Part shown: positions 9,696-18,758 of the stretch, one piece after another
Layout: every line of letters starts with the position of its first letter
How positions within the stretch are numbered: position 1 is the stretch's first letter
Source: Nitrososphaerota archaeon
GTDB taxonomy: Archaea; Thermoproteota; Nitrososphaeria; PSMU01
Assembly: GCA_040290255.1 (NCBI GenBank)
Contig: PSMU01000005.1
Span: 1-59,948, forward strand
Direction of reading: 5' to 3'
DNA: 59,948 nucleotides
Notes under the pieces: generated by a model
The model's input: the letters and a program-made list of their open reading frames with translations, nothing else
Told to the model about the DNA's origin: nothing
The model's database searches: none
Program-made: the position numbers and the translations under genes

Positions 9696-11320
9696 GCTGG
9701 AGCGGCCAGCGCCAGGGGCTCGGGCGGCGGGAGCTGCGAGGTGCCCGTCGCCTTGGTCAGCTGGTAGAAGAAGACGACCGTGGTGTAGGCCGGGTTATAG
9801 GAGAAGCCCTGAAGCGCCGCGCTGATCACCTTCACGTCCTGCTGGTCGTAGAAGAAGATGGCCGGCGCATCCTGCACCAGGATCAGCTCGGCCTGCCGGT
9901 AGAGCTCGAGCGCCTTCGTCCTGTTTATGCCCTCATAGGTCCTCGCCTGGTCGATGAGGTTGTCGAAGGTGGGGTTCGAGTAGTAGGCCAGGTTGAAGAA
10001 GGGAGAGGGCTCGGTGTGGAACATGTTCACCAGGAAGTCGTAGGGCGTGATGTAGGTGGGCCACCAGTAGAAGACGAGGATATCCTGGGCCTTCATGGGG
10101 TCGCTCTTCGCCAGGGCCCACTGCTCCTCCCAGGGCATGGGCCTTATGTCCAAGTTTATGTTCAGCTTCTGGAGCTCCGCCTTCAGCAGCTCGGCCGTCT
10201 TCTGCTCGTACACATCGCCGGCCGTGTAGGTCAGGACCAGCGTGAACCCGCCGTTAGGATAGCCCGCCCTGGCCAGCAGCTCCTTGGCCCTGGCTAGGTC
10301 ATGCGTGTACTGGGGCAGGTCATCGAAGTGGCCGAACATGCCCGCCGGCACGGGCCCGCGCGCCTGCGTGGCCAGCCCCCTCCGCGCTAGGTTGATGATG
10401 TCATCGTAGGGCACCGCGTAGGAGATGGCCCGGCGCACCAGCACATCGCTGAGCGGCGGCTTCTTGGTGTTCATGAGCCCGAGCAGGTTCTGGAAGCTGG
10501 GCGAGATGACCACCTTAACCCTCGCGTCGCCCTGAAGCCTAGCGACGCTCTCCAGCGGCACCACCTCCGCGATATCTATAGCTCCCGTCAGCGCCAGCTG
10601 CTCCTGAGTGGCCGCATCGGGCACGATCTTGATGATGGCCACGTCGGGCTGGCCCGGCCTCCAGCCTCCCCAGTAGTCCCTGAACCTCACCAGCTGCACC
10701 TCGCTCTTGGGGTCCCACTTCGAGATGGTGTAGGGGCCCGAGCCCGAGTCGTGGCCGGCGTTGAACCACTCGGGCGTATTGGGCGCGCTGGGGCTCATGA
10801 TGTAGGCCCCATAGGCGGAGGCGGCGATCTGAAGCAATGGGGCAGGATACTTGAGCGTGAACCTGACGGTATAGGCGTCCACGACCGTTATGTTCGCCAC
10901 GGGGTCCCAGATGAAGGCGGCCCCCTGGCCCAGCTGGATCGTCCTTTCGATGGAGTACTTTACCGCCGTGGCGTTAAAAGGGGTGCCATCGTGGAACTTG
11001 ACCCCCTTCCTGAGGAAGAAGGTCCACGTGAGCCCGTCCGGGGAGCTCTGCCAGCTCTCGGCCAACGCGGGGATCACCTTGTCGTGCAAGGGGTCATACA
11101 GCACGAGCGTCTCGTAGACGTTCGGGAGCACCTTCACGGAGTTGGAGAACTCGGTGCTGGGGTCGAGCGTGGTCATCTCCGAGAGCGAGGCGTAGGTAAC
11201 TATCACGGGCGCCGCGGAGGGCGCGGGCCTCAGCGCGTAGTAAACGCCCAGCCCTATCGCGGCCACGAGGACGAGCACTATGAGCGCGGCCAGCGCGCGG
11301 CCTATGGATCTTGTGCCCAC
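9665..11320 (-). CDS. dppA: Peptide ABC transporter substrate-binding protein (family 5)
   Basis: N-terminal TM anchor, TLDP, VYETLV, LRKGVKFHDG, GSGPY, VRRAISYA. Confidence 0.93.
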   Translation of the reverse strand: MGTRSIGRALAALIVLVLVAAIGLGVYYALRPAPSAAPVIVTYASLSEMTTLDPSTEFSNSVKVLPNVYETLVLYDPLHDKVIPALAESWQSSPDGLTWTFFLRKGVKFHDGTPFNATAVKYSIERTIQLGQGAAFIWDPVANITVVDAYTVRFTLKYPAPLLQIAASAYGAYIMSPSAPNTPEWFNAGHDSGSGPYTISKWDPKSEVQLVRFRDYWGGWRPGQPDVAIIKIVPDAATQEQLALTGAIDIAEVVPLESVARLQGDARVKVVISPSFQNLLGLMNTKKPPLSDVLVRRAISYAVPYDDIINLARRGLATQARGPVPAGMFGHFDDLPQYTHDLARAKELLARAGYPNGGFTLVLTYTAGDVYEQKTAELLKAELQKLNINLDIRPMPWEEQWALAKSDPMKAQDILVFYWWPTYITPYDFLVNMFHTEPSPFFNLAYYSNPTFDNLIDQARTYEGINRTKALELYRQAELILVQDAPAIFFYDQQDVKVISAALQGFSYNPAYTTVVFFYQLTKATGTSQLPPPEPLALAAPAWLPGLRPQR

Positions 11321-11344
11321 GCCAGGGCCTGCGCGGCACCGCTT

Positions 11345-12445
11345 TTAAGCCTGGCCCGAGCCCTCGAAGAGCTCCTCTATCGGCCTGTAGTCCAGCTCAA
11401 AACCGAAGTGCCGGGGGCCGAAGAGCTCCAGCCCGCGGGGCGTCCTCCAGATCCTGGGCGCGGGGAAGCCGAGGCCCTGCACCTTCATGCCGGGCTCGAG
11501 CTCCGCGTTGGTGAGCGGCAGCCCCTCGGGGCCCAGGAGCGTGAAGAGGTCGGGCGGCATGACCAAAGGCCTATCATCCAGCCAGACCATGATGTGCTCG
11601 TTCTTGATGTAGGACCTGAGCCTCCTGCCCCTGCTCCTCCCCTCCCCCTCGAAGCGCGCCTCCCCCACCAAGAAGCCCCCCTCCGTCCTGAGCTTCAGCG
11701 AGCTCACCCTTCCCTCGAAGAGGTACAGCCCGCCCAGCTCCTCCGCCAGCTCCTCGGCGCCTTTTCGCTGCCTGAGCAGGGCCCCGGCCCTTATGCAGTG
11801 GCTGAGCGTGCCGGGCACGAGCGCCCTGCCCGCCTCCTCCGCGCTCAGCGGCGTGTCCAGCACCAGGGCCTCCCCTCCCGCCAACACCGAGACCTGCCTG
11901 GCCAGCGCCTCATAGAAGTCCACGCCGGAGATGCTCCTCACGATCACCATGTCCCCGCCCAGCGTGCAGATGAGCGAGGGCGTCACCGGCACGCCCACCA
12001 CGTGGGCCGTGGACTGGTGCAGCTCGGGCCCCGCCCTTCCCATGAGGTCTCCATCCAGCGCCGGAAGGCCCAGGAGAGAGGCGCAGTAGAGCGCGACGGC
12101 GGTGTTGCCCCCTCCCAGCTCCGTGGCCACCGTGGCCCCTATGGGCGAGCCCAGCAGCGAGCCCAGCTGCTCCACCGCGCGCCCCAGAAGGGCCCTGAGC
12201 TCCTCCGGCCCGGGCCCCCTTCCCCTCTTCACGCTGCCCACGAAGTAGGGCGAGGCCGCATATCCCCGCAGCTCCTCGGGCCGCGCGAGGCTTATGCTGA
12301 GCCCTGCCGAGTAGAGCGCCTCGACCATCCTGAGCCCGGCCTCGGGCGGGCCCCCTCCCCCCGTAGCGAAGAGCGCCGCCCCCCAGACCAGGTCCTCGGC
12401 CTCCTGCCTGGTGAGCCTGCGCACGGCCGCGCCTGGGATGGGCAC
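11345..12445 (-). CDS. DUF917 family protein
   Basis: GAALFATGGGG, ELGGGN, DGDLMGRAGPEL, KNEH, MPPDL. Confidence 0.88.
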   Translation of the reverse strand: MPIPGAAVRRLTRQEAEDLVWGAALFATGGGGPPEAGLRMVEALYSAGLSISLARPEELRGYAASPYFVGSVKRGRGPGPEELRALLGRAVEQLGSLLGSPIGATVATELGGGNTAVALYCASLLGLPALDGDLMGRAGPELHQSTAHVVGVPVTPSLICTLGGDMVIVRSISGVDFYEALARQVSVLAGGEALVLDTPLSAEEAGRALVPGTLSHCIRAGALLRQRKGAEELAEELGGLYLFEGRVSSLKLRTEGGFLVGEARFEGEGRSRGRRLRSYIKNEHIMVWLDDRPLVMPPDLFTLLGPEGLPLTNAELEPGMKVQGLGFPAPRIWRTPRGLELFGPRHFGFELDYRPIEELFEGSGQA

Positions 12446-12465
12446 GCTTTAACGTTATGCGCCCG

Positions 12466-13518
12466 CTAGGGGGCAGCGGAGCCGGAGTAGGCGCGCAGGA
12501 TCCTCTCCTCGAGCGGCCTCAGCCTGGGGTGGACATACGAGCCCCCCCTTAGCAAAAGCTCGCCCCCCGCTTCCACCGTCGCCTTAAGGCAGATGCCATC
12601 GGTGTGGGAGGGCGCGGGGCCCGCGGAGCCCCGGAAGCTCGCCGCCTGGTGGCCCAGGCCCCACTGCACGCACCCCCAGACCCTCTCATCCTCGACGATC
12701 CTGCCCGTCAGCCTGGCGCCTGGGTTGCAGCCGTAGGAGATGTGCGCCACGTTGAACATGGAGGGGGAGTTGAAGCGCCTGAGCCAGGCCTCATACAGCC
12801 TCGCCTCCCGTCCCCCCTCGACCTCCACCACCCTGCCCCTGCGCACGTGGAGCCTTATCGGCTCCTTTAGCAGGCCCAACTCCTCGGGCGGCCAAGCTGA
12901 GCCGTCGAAGACGATGACGCCCTCCAGCGTCTCCTCCACCGGCGCCCAGTCCACCTGCCCTATCAGCATGTATTCGCCCGGCGCTTCGCCCACGACGCCC
13001 TCCCTGAAGACGGGCCGGCTGGGGTCATTTTGGAAGGAGATGTCGGTGCCCGCGGGCGTGGTGACCCTCATGGCCCTCGCCGAGAGCGTGAGCTGGGCCA
13101 GCTCCTCCTCGAACCTCTCCAGCAGGGCTATGGGCACCCGGCCTATCAGGCGCACCAGCATGTCCTCGTCCAGGCCCGAGAGGCAGAGGTACCTGGCCCT
13201 GCCCCCGCGCATCGCCCCCTCCCAGGCGTTAGAGTAGAGCAGGTACTGCCTTGAGAACTCTATGATCACGTCGGCCTCCCGCATCGCCGCCGCCAGCGGC
13301 GAGGGGAGCTCGGCATCGGCCTCGGCCCCCACGCCCTTTGGCGCCGGATAGTAGGCCAGCAGGGGCCTGGCGCCCAGCTCCCGCGCGGCCTCAAACGTGG
13401 CTTGCGCCGCGGGCGCGCTGCCGAGCGTATCGACATAAATGAGCACGTGCATGCCCGCCCTGAGCTTGGCCATATCCCTGCATAGGACGCGGGCCGCCTG
13501 CCTCAGCTCCTCCCGCAC
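12466..13518 (-). CDS. Leucyl aminopeptidase T / M29-like metallopeptidase (NicX-related fold)
   Basis: TTPAGTDI, EGVIVFDG, AHISYGCNPGA, EDER..G.G, SHTDG. GTG at 13518 follows a TTTAATA box. Confidence 0.8.
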   Translation of the reverse strand: MREELRQAARVLCRDMAKLRAGMHVLIYVDTLGSAPAAQATFEAARELGARPLLAYYPAPKGVGAEADAELPSPLAAAMREADVIIEFSRQYLLYSNAWEGAMRGGRARYLCLSGLDEDMLVRLIGRVPIALLERFEEELAQLTLSARAMRVTTPAGTDISFQNDPSRPVFREGVVGEAPGEYMLIGQVDWAPVEETLEGVIVFDGSAWPPEELGLLKEPIRLHVRRGRVVEVEGGREARLYEAWLRRFNSPSMFNVAHISYGCNPGARLTGRIVEDERVWGCVQWGLGHQAASFRGSAGPAPSHTDGICLKATVEAGGELLLRGGSYVHPRLRPLEERILRAYSGSAAP

Positions 13519-13766
13519 GCCCCCCGCGGAGCAGAGCGTATTAAAGGGCTTGGCGCCCCGCCAGGCTATGGCAAGGTAGGGCTTGACCTCGCGGCGGGCC
13601 ACGACCTCCTTAGGGAGCGACCACGCCATGCTTCACGAGGCGCTGCGCGGCCATGGATAGCTGGAGGAGCTTCCTCCTTAACAGGAACGCCTAGCCCACT
13701 CCACAATCCCTTGAAAGCCCTTTGCCCGCTCCTGCGGCCAAGGGTTAAGCATATGCCCGGGCAGAC

Positions 13767-14519
13767 GTGGCGAGCGTGGACCACCAGCGGCCAGCTCCCT
13801 CTGCGCCCCCAGCTTTGTCCCGAGGCCAAGGGGCCGCGGGCCGCCTTACGGTCTTTGAGGAGGAGCTGGAGGCCAGCTCCCTGGCCGTCGTGGCCGACCT
13901 GCACGTAGAGGCCAACAGGGCCGATCTAGCCTCCATAGGCAGGGCCATGGCTAAAAGGGGCATAGGCGCCTTGGCCATCGCGGGGGACCTCTATCATAAG
14001 CTGCACAGGCCCCTCAGCACCAGCTCCCTTACGGACCTTCTTAAATGGGCCCTCGCCAGGCTCATGCTTCCGCCAGGAGCCTCGGTCATATACACCCCCG
14101 CGCTCTTCAGCCACGACCCGATAGTTAGGGAGAAAGTGGCCACGGAGGTGGGGGGCCTAAGCGTAAAGGTGCTCCCTGGGGCGGCCCGGCTTAAACTTCC
14201 CTGCGGCCTTAGCGCCTGCGTAGCCCACGGCGACTTCCTGCTGAAGAACGGCCTTATGGCGGGGCTGTTAGAGCTCACCTCGCTCGCCCTGGCCAGGTAT
14301 CCCCTGCTGGAGGCCCTGCTGAGGAGGGAGCTTAGGGCCAGGCCCGGCGAATGGGCCTTCATGGGCCACACCCATCTCCCCCTGCTGGACGAAGGGCTCA
14401 GGGTCGCTAACCCTGGCCCCTGGCTTAATCCGGCGCCCCTAGGCCCTAGGGGCTACATGCTGGTGGCCAGGCCCGCCGGCGATGGGCTTAAGGTCCATCT
14501 GCTCAAGGCCCTGCCCTAG
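13767..14519 (+). CDS. Calcineurin-like metallophosphoesterase
   Basis: ADLH, AGDL, SHD (in place of GNHD), HGD, GHTH, NPG.W. Confidence 0.8.
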   Translation: MASVDHQRPAPSAPPALSRGQGAAGRLTVFEEELEASSLAVVADLHVEANRADLASIGRAMAKRGIGALAIAGDLYHKLHRPLSTSSLTDLLKWALARLMLPPGASVIYTPALFSHDPIVREKVATEVGGLSVKVLPGAARLKLPCGLSACVAHGDFLLKNGLMAGLLELTSLALARYPLLEALLRRELRARPGEWAFMGHTHLPLLDEGLRVANPGPWLNPAPLGPRGYMLVARPAGDGLKVHLLKALP

Positions 14520-14800
14520 GTGGGCCTGCCCTGGGCAAGGCAGAGCCACATGGCGTCATGAGTAGAGGGTAGAGGCCTGCCTCCGCAGCTAGCTGCGCTG
14601 AGGGCCCATGCTCTAGGCCCCCTTGCCCTGCTGGAGGCCCGAGCGCAGGACAGAGGCAGGCCCAAGGGGCCGGACCTAGAAGTGCTGGGAAAGGCCTTTC
14701 CCTTGCCAGCCTTAGCAGCCTGCTTAAGGGGGTAAGGCAGCCATAACGAACCATGAGCCGAAAAGCCGCGGCCGAACATGCCGCTTTACCCTGCTTTCCC

Positions 14801-16030
14801 CTAGCCCCGCTGCGGGCTGGCCTCTAGGCTTCGCTCGCCAATAGAGGGCCGCCTGCCCTTGGCCAGGCGGGCCTGCAGGCCCCAAAGCTCTATGAAGCCC
14901 ACCGCCAAGGCCTGGTCGAAGGTGGAGCCGGAGCCGTACGTTGCAAGCCCGTGGCTGTAGAGCGGGTGGGGCGACCTCCTGCCCACCACCCTGAGCGAGC
15001 CCTTGTACAGCTTCAGCCTCACCTTCCCCTCCACCGGCAGCTGCGTGGAGGCGATGAGCGCCTCCAGGTCCTCCCTCAGCGGCTCGACCCAGAGGCCCGA
15101 GTAGACGAGCCAGGCCCAGCGCTCCTCGGCCAGCTGCTTGAAGGCCAGCTGGCGCCTTGTGAGCACGAGCTTCTCGAGGTCCCTATGGGCCTCTATGATG
15201 CAGGTCGCGGCAGGGTACTCGTAGAGCTCCCGGCTCTTTATTCCCACCGTCCTGTCCTCCATGTGGTCGATGAGCCCCACGCCGTGCGCGCCTGCGAGGG
15301 CGTTGAGCTCGCAGATGAGCTCCACGAGGCCCTTGCGCTCCCCATCGAGCGCCACGGGCAGGCCCTGCTCGAATTCAAGCTCCACGTAGCGGGGCTCCTC
15401 CGGGGCCCTCTCGGGCGGCACGCACCACTCAAGCGCCTCCTCCGGGGGCTCGTTCCACGCATCCTCCAGCGCGCCCCCCTCCACGCTCCTGCCCCAGAGG
15501 TTCTGGTCCACGCTGTAGGCGCTCCTCTTGGGCCCTATCGGGAACCCCTTCTTGGCCGCATACTCCGCCTCCATATCCCTGGTCATCCCCCACTCCCTGA
15601 CGGGCGCGAGCACCTTCAGCTCCGGCGCGAGGGCCTTGATGGTCACGTCGAACCTTATCTGGTCGTTGCCCTTTCCCGTGCAGCCGTGGGCCACGGCGGC
15701 CGCGCCCTCGCGCCTAGCCACCTCGACCAGCTTCTCCGCGATCAGGGGCCGGGCCAGGGCGGTGCCGAGAGGATACTTGCCCTGGTAGAGCGCGTTCGCC
15801 CTGATGGCCCTGGCCACGTATTGGGCCGCGAACTCCTCCTTCGCGTCTATAGTATAATGCCTTACGGCGCCCAGCCACCTGGCCCTCCTCTCTATAGCAT
15901 CTAGGTCCTCGCCCTGGCCTATATCCAGCGTCACCGTCACCACGTCCAGGCCATACTTCTCCTTCAGCCATAGGATGCAGACGCTCGTGTCCAGCCCTCC
16001 CGAATAGCCCAGCACCGCCCTCTCGGGCAT
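14801..16030 (-). CDS. argG: Argininosuccinate synthase
   Basis: YSGGLDTS, HGCTGKGNDQIRF, YSVDQNLWGRS, GIKSRELYE. Confidence 0.98.
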   Translation of the reverse strand: MPERAVLGYSGGLDTSVCILWLKEKYGLDVVTVTLDIGQGEDLDAIERRARWLGAVRHYTIDAKEEFAAQYVARAIRANALYQGKYPLGTALARPLIAEKLVEVARREGAAAVAHGCTGKGNDQIRFDVTIKALAPELKVLAPVREWGMTRDMEAEYAAKKGFPIGPKRSAYSVDQNLWGRSVEGGALEDAWNEPPEEALEWCVPPERAPEEPRYVELEFEQGLPVALDGERKGLVELICELNALAGAHGVGLIDHMEDRTVGIKSRELYEYPAATCIIEAHRDLEKLVLTRRQLAFKQLAEERWAWLVYSGLWVEPLREDLEALIASTQLPVEGKVRLKLYKGSLRVVGRRSPHPLYSHGLATYGSGSTFDQALAVGFIELWGLQARLAKGRRPSIGERSLEASPQRG

Positions 16031-16052
16031 GCGCGCGCCCCCAGGCCAGCAA

Positions 16053-16090
16053 ATTTAAGAGTATTGGCCAAAACGGGCCAAAACAGGCTC
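16053..16090 (-). promoter_or_regulatory. argG promoter: TATA box plus upstream 10-bp phased direct repeats
   Basis: TTAAAT (minus strand, 16058-16053) 22 nt before the ATG. GGCCAAAAC at 16066 and 16076, with a partial GGC at 16086. Confidence 0.6.
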
Positions 16091-16171
16091 TATAAAGCCC
16101 ATTTTAGCTCTCTTGCCCCTTGCGGCGGCCGCTGGCACAGGCTTATAGCCCGCCTTTGCATCGGGCGCCCG

Positions 16172-16547
16172 ATGTCCGGGGCGCTGCGCGTGCCTGGGGT
16201 TCAGCTCCTCGCCCCCGTGGGTTCTGAGGGGGAGCGGTGCTCAGCGAAGGGGCCCTGGCGCCGGTGGCGGAGCTCCTCAGGGAGCTGGGCGTCCAGCGCG
16301 AAGGGCTGCTGGAGCGGAGGCGTCGCACGCTGGAGCTCATGAGGAGGGGCGTGGGGCCCGCACGAAGGAGGGCAGGGCCATCGACGCGCCCTATATCAGG
16401 GGCATCCTGGCGCAAGCGGCGGCCCTGCTGAGAAAGGAGCAGGGGCATGGGCCGCTCGATATCGCGGCGAAGTTGCTCGAGCACATGGTCGTATCCCCCG
16501 AGCTCGTGCCCTTCACGCCCGATGTGGCCTACGCCCTGCTGGACTGA
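16172..16547 (+). pseudogene. aceB: Malate synthase A remnant: N-terminal ~60 codons joined to C-terminal ~58 codons
   Basis: MSGALRVPGVQLLAPVGSEGER / VLSEGALAPVAELLRELGVQREGLLERRRRTL (frameshifted) resembles the AceB N-terminus. ARTKEGRAIDAPYIRGIL..AAKLLEHMVVSPELVPFTPDVAYALLD* resembles the C-terminus. The catalytic barrel is missing. Confidence 0.72.
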
Positions 16548-16562
16548 AGCGGCGCGGCTTCG

Positions 16563-16609
16563 ATAAAGTTAAATCCTTTGGTCAAAGAAGGTCAATATGG
16601 GCCAAAGAG
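16563..16609 (+). promoter_or_regulatory. Promoter of the HTH-ACT gene and argH, with three 10-bp phased repeats downstream of the TATA box
   Basis: ATAAAGTTAAAT at 16563-16574. GGTCAAAGAA (16580), GGTCAATATG (16590), GGCCAAAGAG (16600). Confidence 0.6.
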
Positions 16610-17298
16610 AGCCTTTTTTGGCTAAGGGGCTCCTCTCGAGGGCCGTGAGGGAGGCCGTCGAGGGCGACGATGCGCTGGCCGAGTGCCTGGCCAGGGGCGT
16701 GGCCAACTTGAGCGCCATGGCCCGCCACATCAGGCCCTCGCTGGAGGCGAGGCTGGGGCAGCGCGTAAAGCTTCAGAGCGTGGTCAGCGCGCTCAAGAGG
16801 CTCAGGGGCGCCTATGCGGAGAGGGAGAGGGGCCACCTCTCGGTGCTGGCGAAGAGCAGCCTCGACGTGAGGACGGACCTGGCCAAGCTCTCCGTGAGGG
16901 CCCAGGCCGCCTTGAGCGAGGAGCTACAGGCCAAGCTGCTCAGGCACTACCGCTCGATCCTCCAGATATCGTGGGGGCCCACCGCGCTGACGCTCGTGCT
17001 CGAGGGGGCAGCCTTCAGGGTGCTCAGGGCGCTCTTCGCCAAGGAGGACGTGCTCGAGGCCAAGGAGGGCCTCGCGGCCGTGGTGGTGAGGAGCCCCAAG
17101 GACATAATAGAGACGCCCGGCTGCATAGCCGCGCTCACGGAGCGCTTGGCCAGGGGAGGCACCAACCTGGAGGACATCATCTCCACCTACACGGACACCA
17201 TCCTCGTCGTCAGCATGAGCGAGGTGGTCAGGGCCTTTACGCTGCTGAGCGAGCTCATAGCCGGCGCCCGCCGGGCGCTGGAGGAGCGGCATGCCTAG
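16597..17298 (+). CDS. HTH + ACT-domain protein, putative amino-acid-responsive regulator (paralog 1)
   Basis: N-terminal ECLARGVANLSAMARHI..VVSALKRL; C-terminal ACT-like SP.DIIETPG..LARGGTNLEDIISTYTDTILVV. Overlaps the argH start. Confidence 0.8.
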   Translation: MGQREPFLAKGLLSRAVREAVEGDDALAECLARGVANLSAMARHIRPSLEARLGQRVKLQSVVSALKRLRGAYAERERGHLSVLAKSSLDVRTDLAKLSVRAQAALSEELQAKLLRHYRSILQISWGPTALTLVLEGAAFRVLRALFAKEDVLEAKEGLAAVVVRSPKDIIETPGCIAALTERLARGGTNLEDIISTYTDTILVVSMSEVVRAFTLLSELIAGARRALEERHA

Positions 17299-18754
17299 CG
17301 GCCTCTACAGGGGCAGGCTGCGGCGAGGGCCTTCTCCCACGGCGCTTCGCTTCGTCTCCTCGCTCGAGCAGGACCTGGCCTTCCTGGACGAGGAGCTGGA
17401 GGCGACCCGAGCGCATATAGTGATGCTGTGTGAGGGGGGCCTGCTCACGCGCCAAGAGGCGGGGGCCCTGCTTAAGGCGCTGGAAGCGGCGCGCGGGAGC
17501 GCCAGGAGGGCCAGGGGCTACGAGGATATCCATGAGCTCGTGGAGGCCGAGGTGACCAAGAGGGCGGGCGAGGTGGGCCTGAAGCTGCACATGGCCAGGT
17601 CCAGGAACGACCAGGTGGCGACGATCACGAGGATGAAGGCCAGGAGGGAGCTCCTGCGCCTCGCCTCGCTCTGCTGCTCGCTCTGCTCCACGCTGCTGCG
17701 GCTGGGCAAAAGGCATGCCCGCCTGCCCCTCATCTACTACACGCACCTGAGGCCGGCGCAGCTGGGCTCGCTGGGCCATTACTTCCTGGCGCAGGCCGAG
17801 GCGCTGCTCAGGGATGTGGAGAGGGCGCTGGAGGGCTATGAGCGCGCCAACCTCTGCCCCCTGGGCGCGGCCGCCTGCGCGGGCACGAGCCTGCCCATCG
17901 ATAGGCGGCGCACGGCGCAGCTGCTGGGCTTCCATGGGCCCCTGGCGAACTCCCTGGACGCGGTCACCTCCAGGGACTTTGTCCTCGATGCCCTGCACGC
18001 GGCCGCCTGCACGCTGGTCGACCTGGCGAGGTTGGCCGAGGACCTAGCGCTCTGGGGCGGGCCGGAGTTCGGGCTCCTCGAGCTGGGCGAGGCGACCTCC
18101 TTCTCCTCCAGCATCATGCCCCAGAAGAAGAACCCGGATGTGCTGGAGCTCATAAGGGCGAAGTGCGCCCTCATTTCGGGGCTTTATAGCTCGCTCGCCG
18201 GCCTGCTGAAGGGCCTGCCCAGCGGCTACAACAGGGACCTGCAGGAGGTGAAGCCGCTGCTGGCCGGGCTGCGGGAAGCGCAGCGCGCGCTGAGCGTGAT
18301 GAGCGAAGTGTTGAGGGGGGTCAGGCCCCACGACGGGCTGGAGCGCAGGGCCCGCGCCTCCGAGGCCCTGGCGCCCGAGCTCGTGGAATGGCTCACGCTG
18401 CAGGGCGTTCCCTTCAGGAGGGCCTACTCGCTCGTGGCCGAGCTGATGAGGGAACTGGCCTCCCGCGGAAGGGGCTTCGCTTCGCTGGGGGATGAGGAGA
18501 TGAAATGGCTGCTCAGGGAGGCCCAGCTGCCCGAGCGCCTGCTGAGTGAGCTCAGGCGCGCGCTGGAGCCCGGCTCGGCGCTGGCCAGGAGGAGGAGCGA
18601 AGGGAGCCCCAACCCCGCTGAGGTGGACCGATTGGCCAGGGCCCTGCGCGCTAGGCTGCGTGAGCTGCTGCGAAGCGTGAAGGGAAGGCAAGAGCAGGAG
18701 GCCCGCGCCAGGCTGGCGTTGGAGATGGAAGCCAGGGCCCTGCTGCAGGCCTAG
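17291..18754 (+). CDS. argH: Argininosuccinate lyase
   Basis: EDIHE, LHMARSRNDQV, YTHLRPAQ, SSSIMPQKKNPDVLE, GYNRDLQE. Confidence 0.97.
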   Translation: MPSGLYRGRLRRGPSPTALRFVSSLEQDLAFLDEELEATRAHIVMLCEGGLLTRQEAGALLKALEAARGSARRARGYEDIHELVEAEVTKRAGEVGLKLHMARSRNDQVATITRMKARRELLRLASLCCSLCSTLLRLGKRHARLPLIYYTHLRPAQLGSLGHYFLAQAEALLRDVERALEGYERANLCPLGAAACAGTSLPIDRRRTAQLLGFHGPLANSLDAVTSRDFVLDALHAAACTLVDLARLAEDLALWGGPEFGLLELGEATSFSSSIMPQKKNPDVLELIRAKCALISGLYSSLAGLLKGLPSGYNRDLQEVKPLLAGLREAQRALSVMSEVLRGVRPHDGLERRARASEALAPELVEWLTLQGVPFRRAYSLVAELMRELASRGRGFASLGDEEMKWLLREAQLPERLLSELRRALEPGSALARRRSEGSPNPAEVDRLARALRARLRELLRSVKGRQEQEARARLALEMEARALLQA

Positions 18755-18758
18755 GTCC

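Noticed and set aside
10751-12469. 572-aa plus-strand ORF, and similar long antisense ORFs such as 43413-45011 and 14951-15904
   Set aside because: They lie antisense to well-supported genes and have no motifs; this is expected in high-GC DNA with few stop codons.
13560-13766. Gap upstream of the metallophosphoesterase as a possible small gene or RNA
   Set aside because: No recognisable motif or stable structure; it may be decayed sequence, but I cannot support a call.
14520-14800. 280-bp gap with short ORFs, considered as ncRNA or pseudogene
   Set aside because: No convincing coding pattern, C/D boxes or known RNA fold seen.
16066-16609. Short repeats considered as a CRISPR remnant
   Set aside because: The period is 10 bp with no spacers and there are no cas genes; a protein-binding array fits better.
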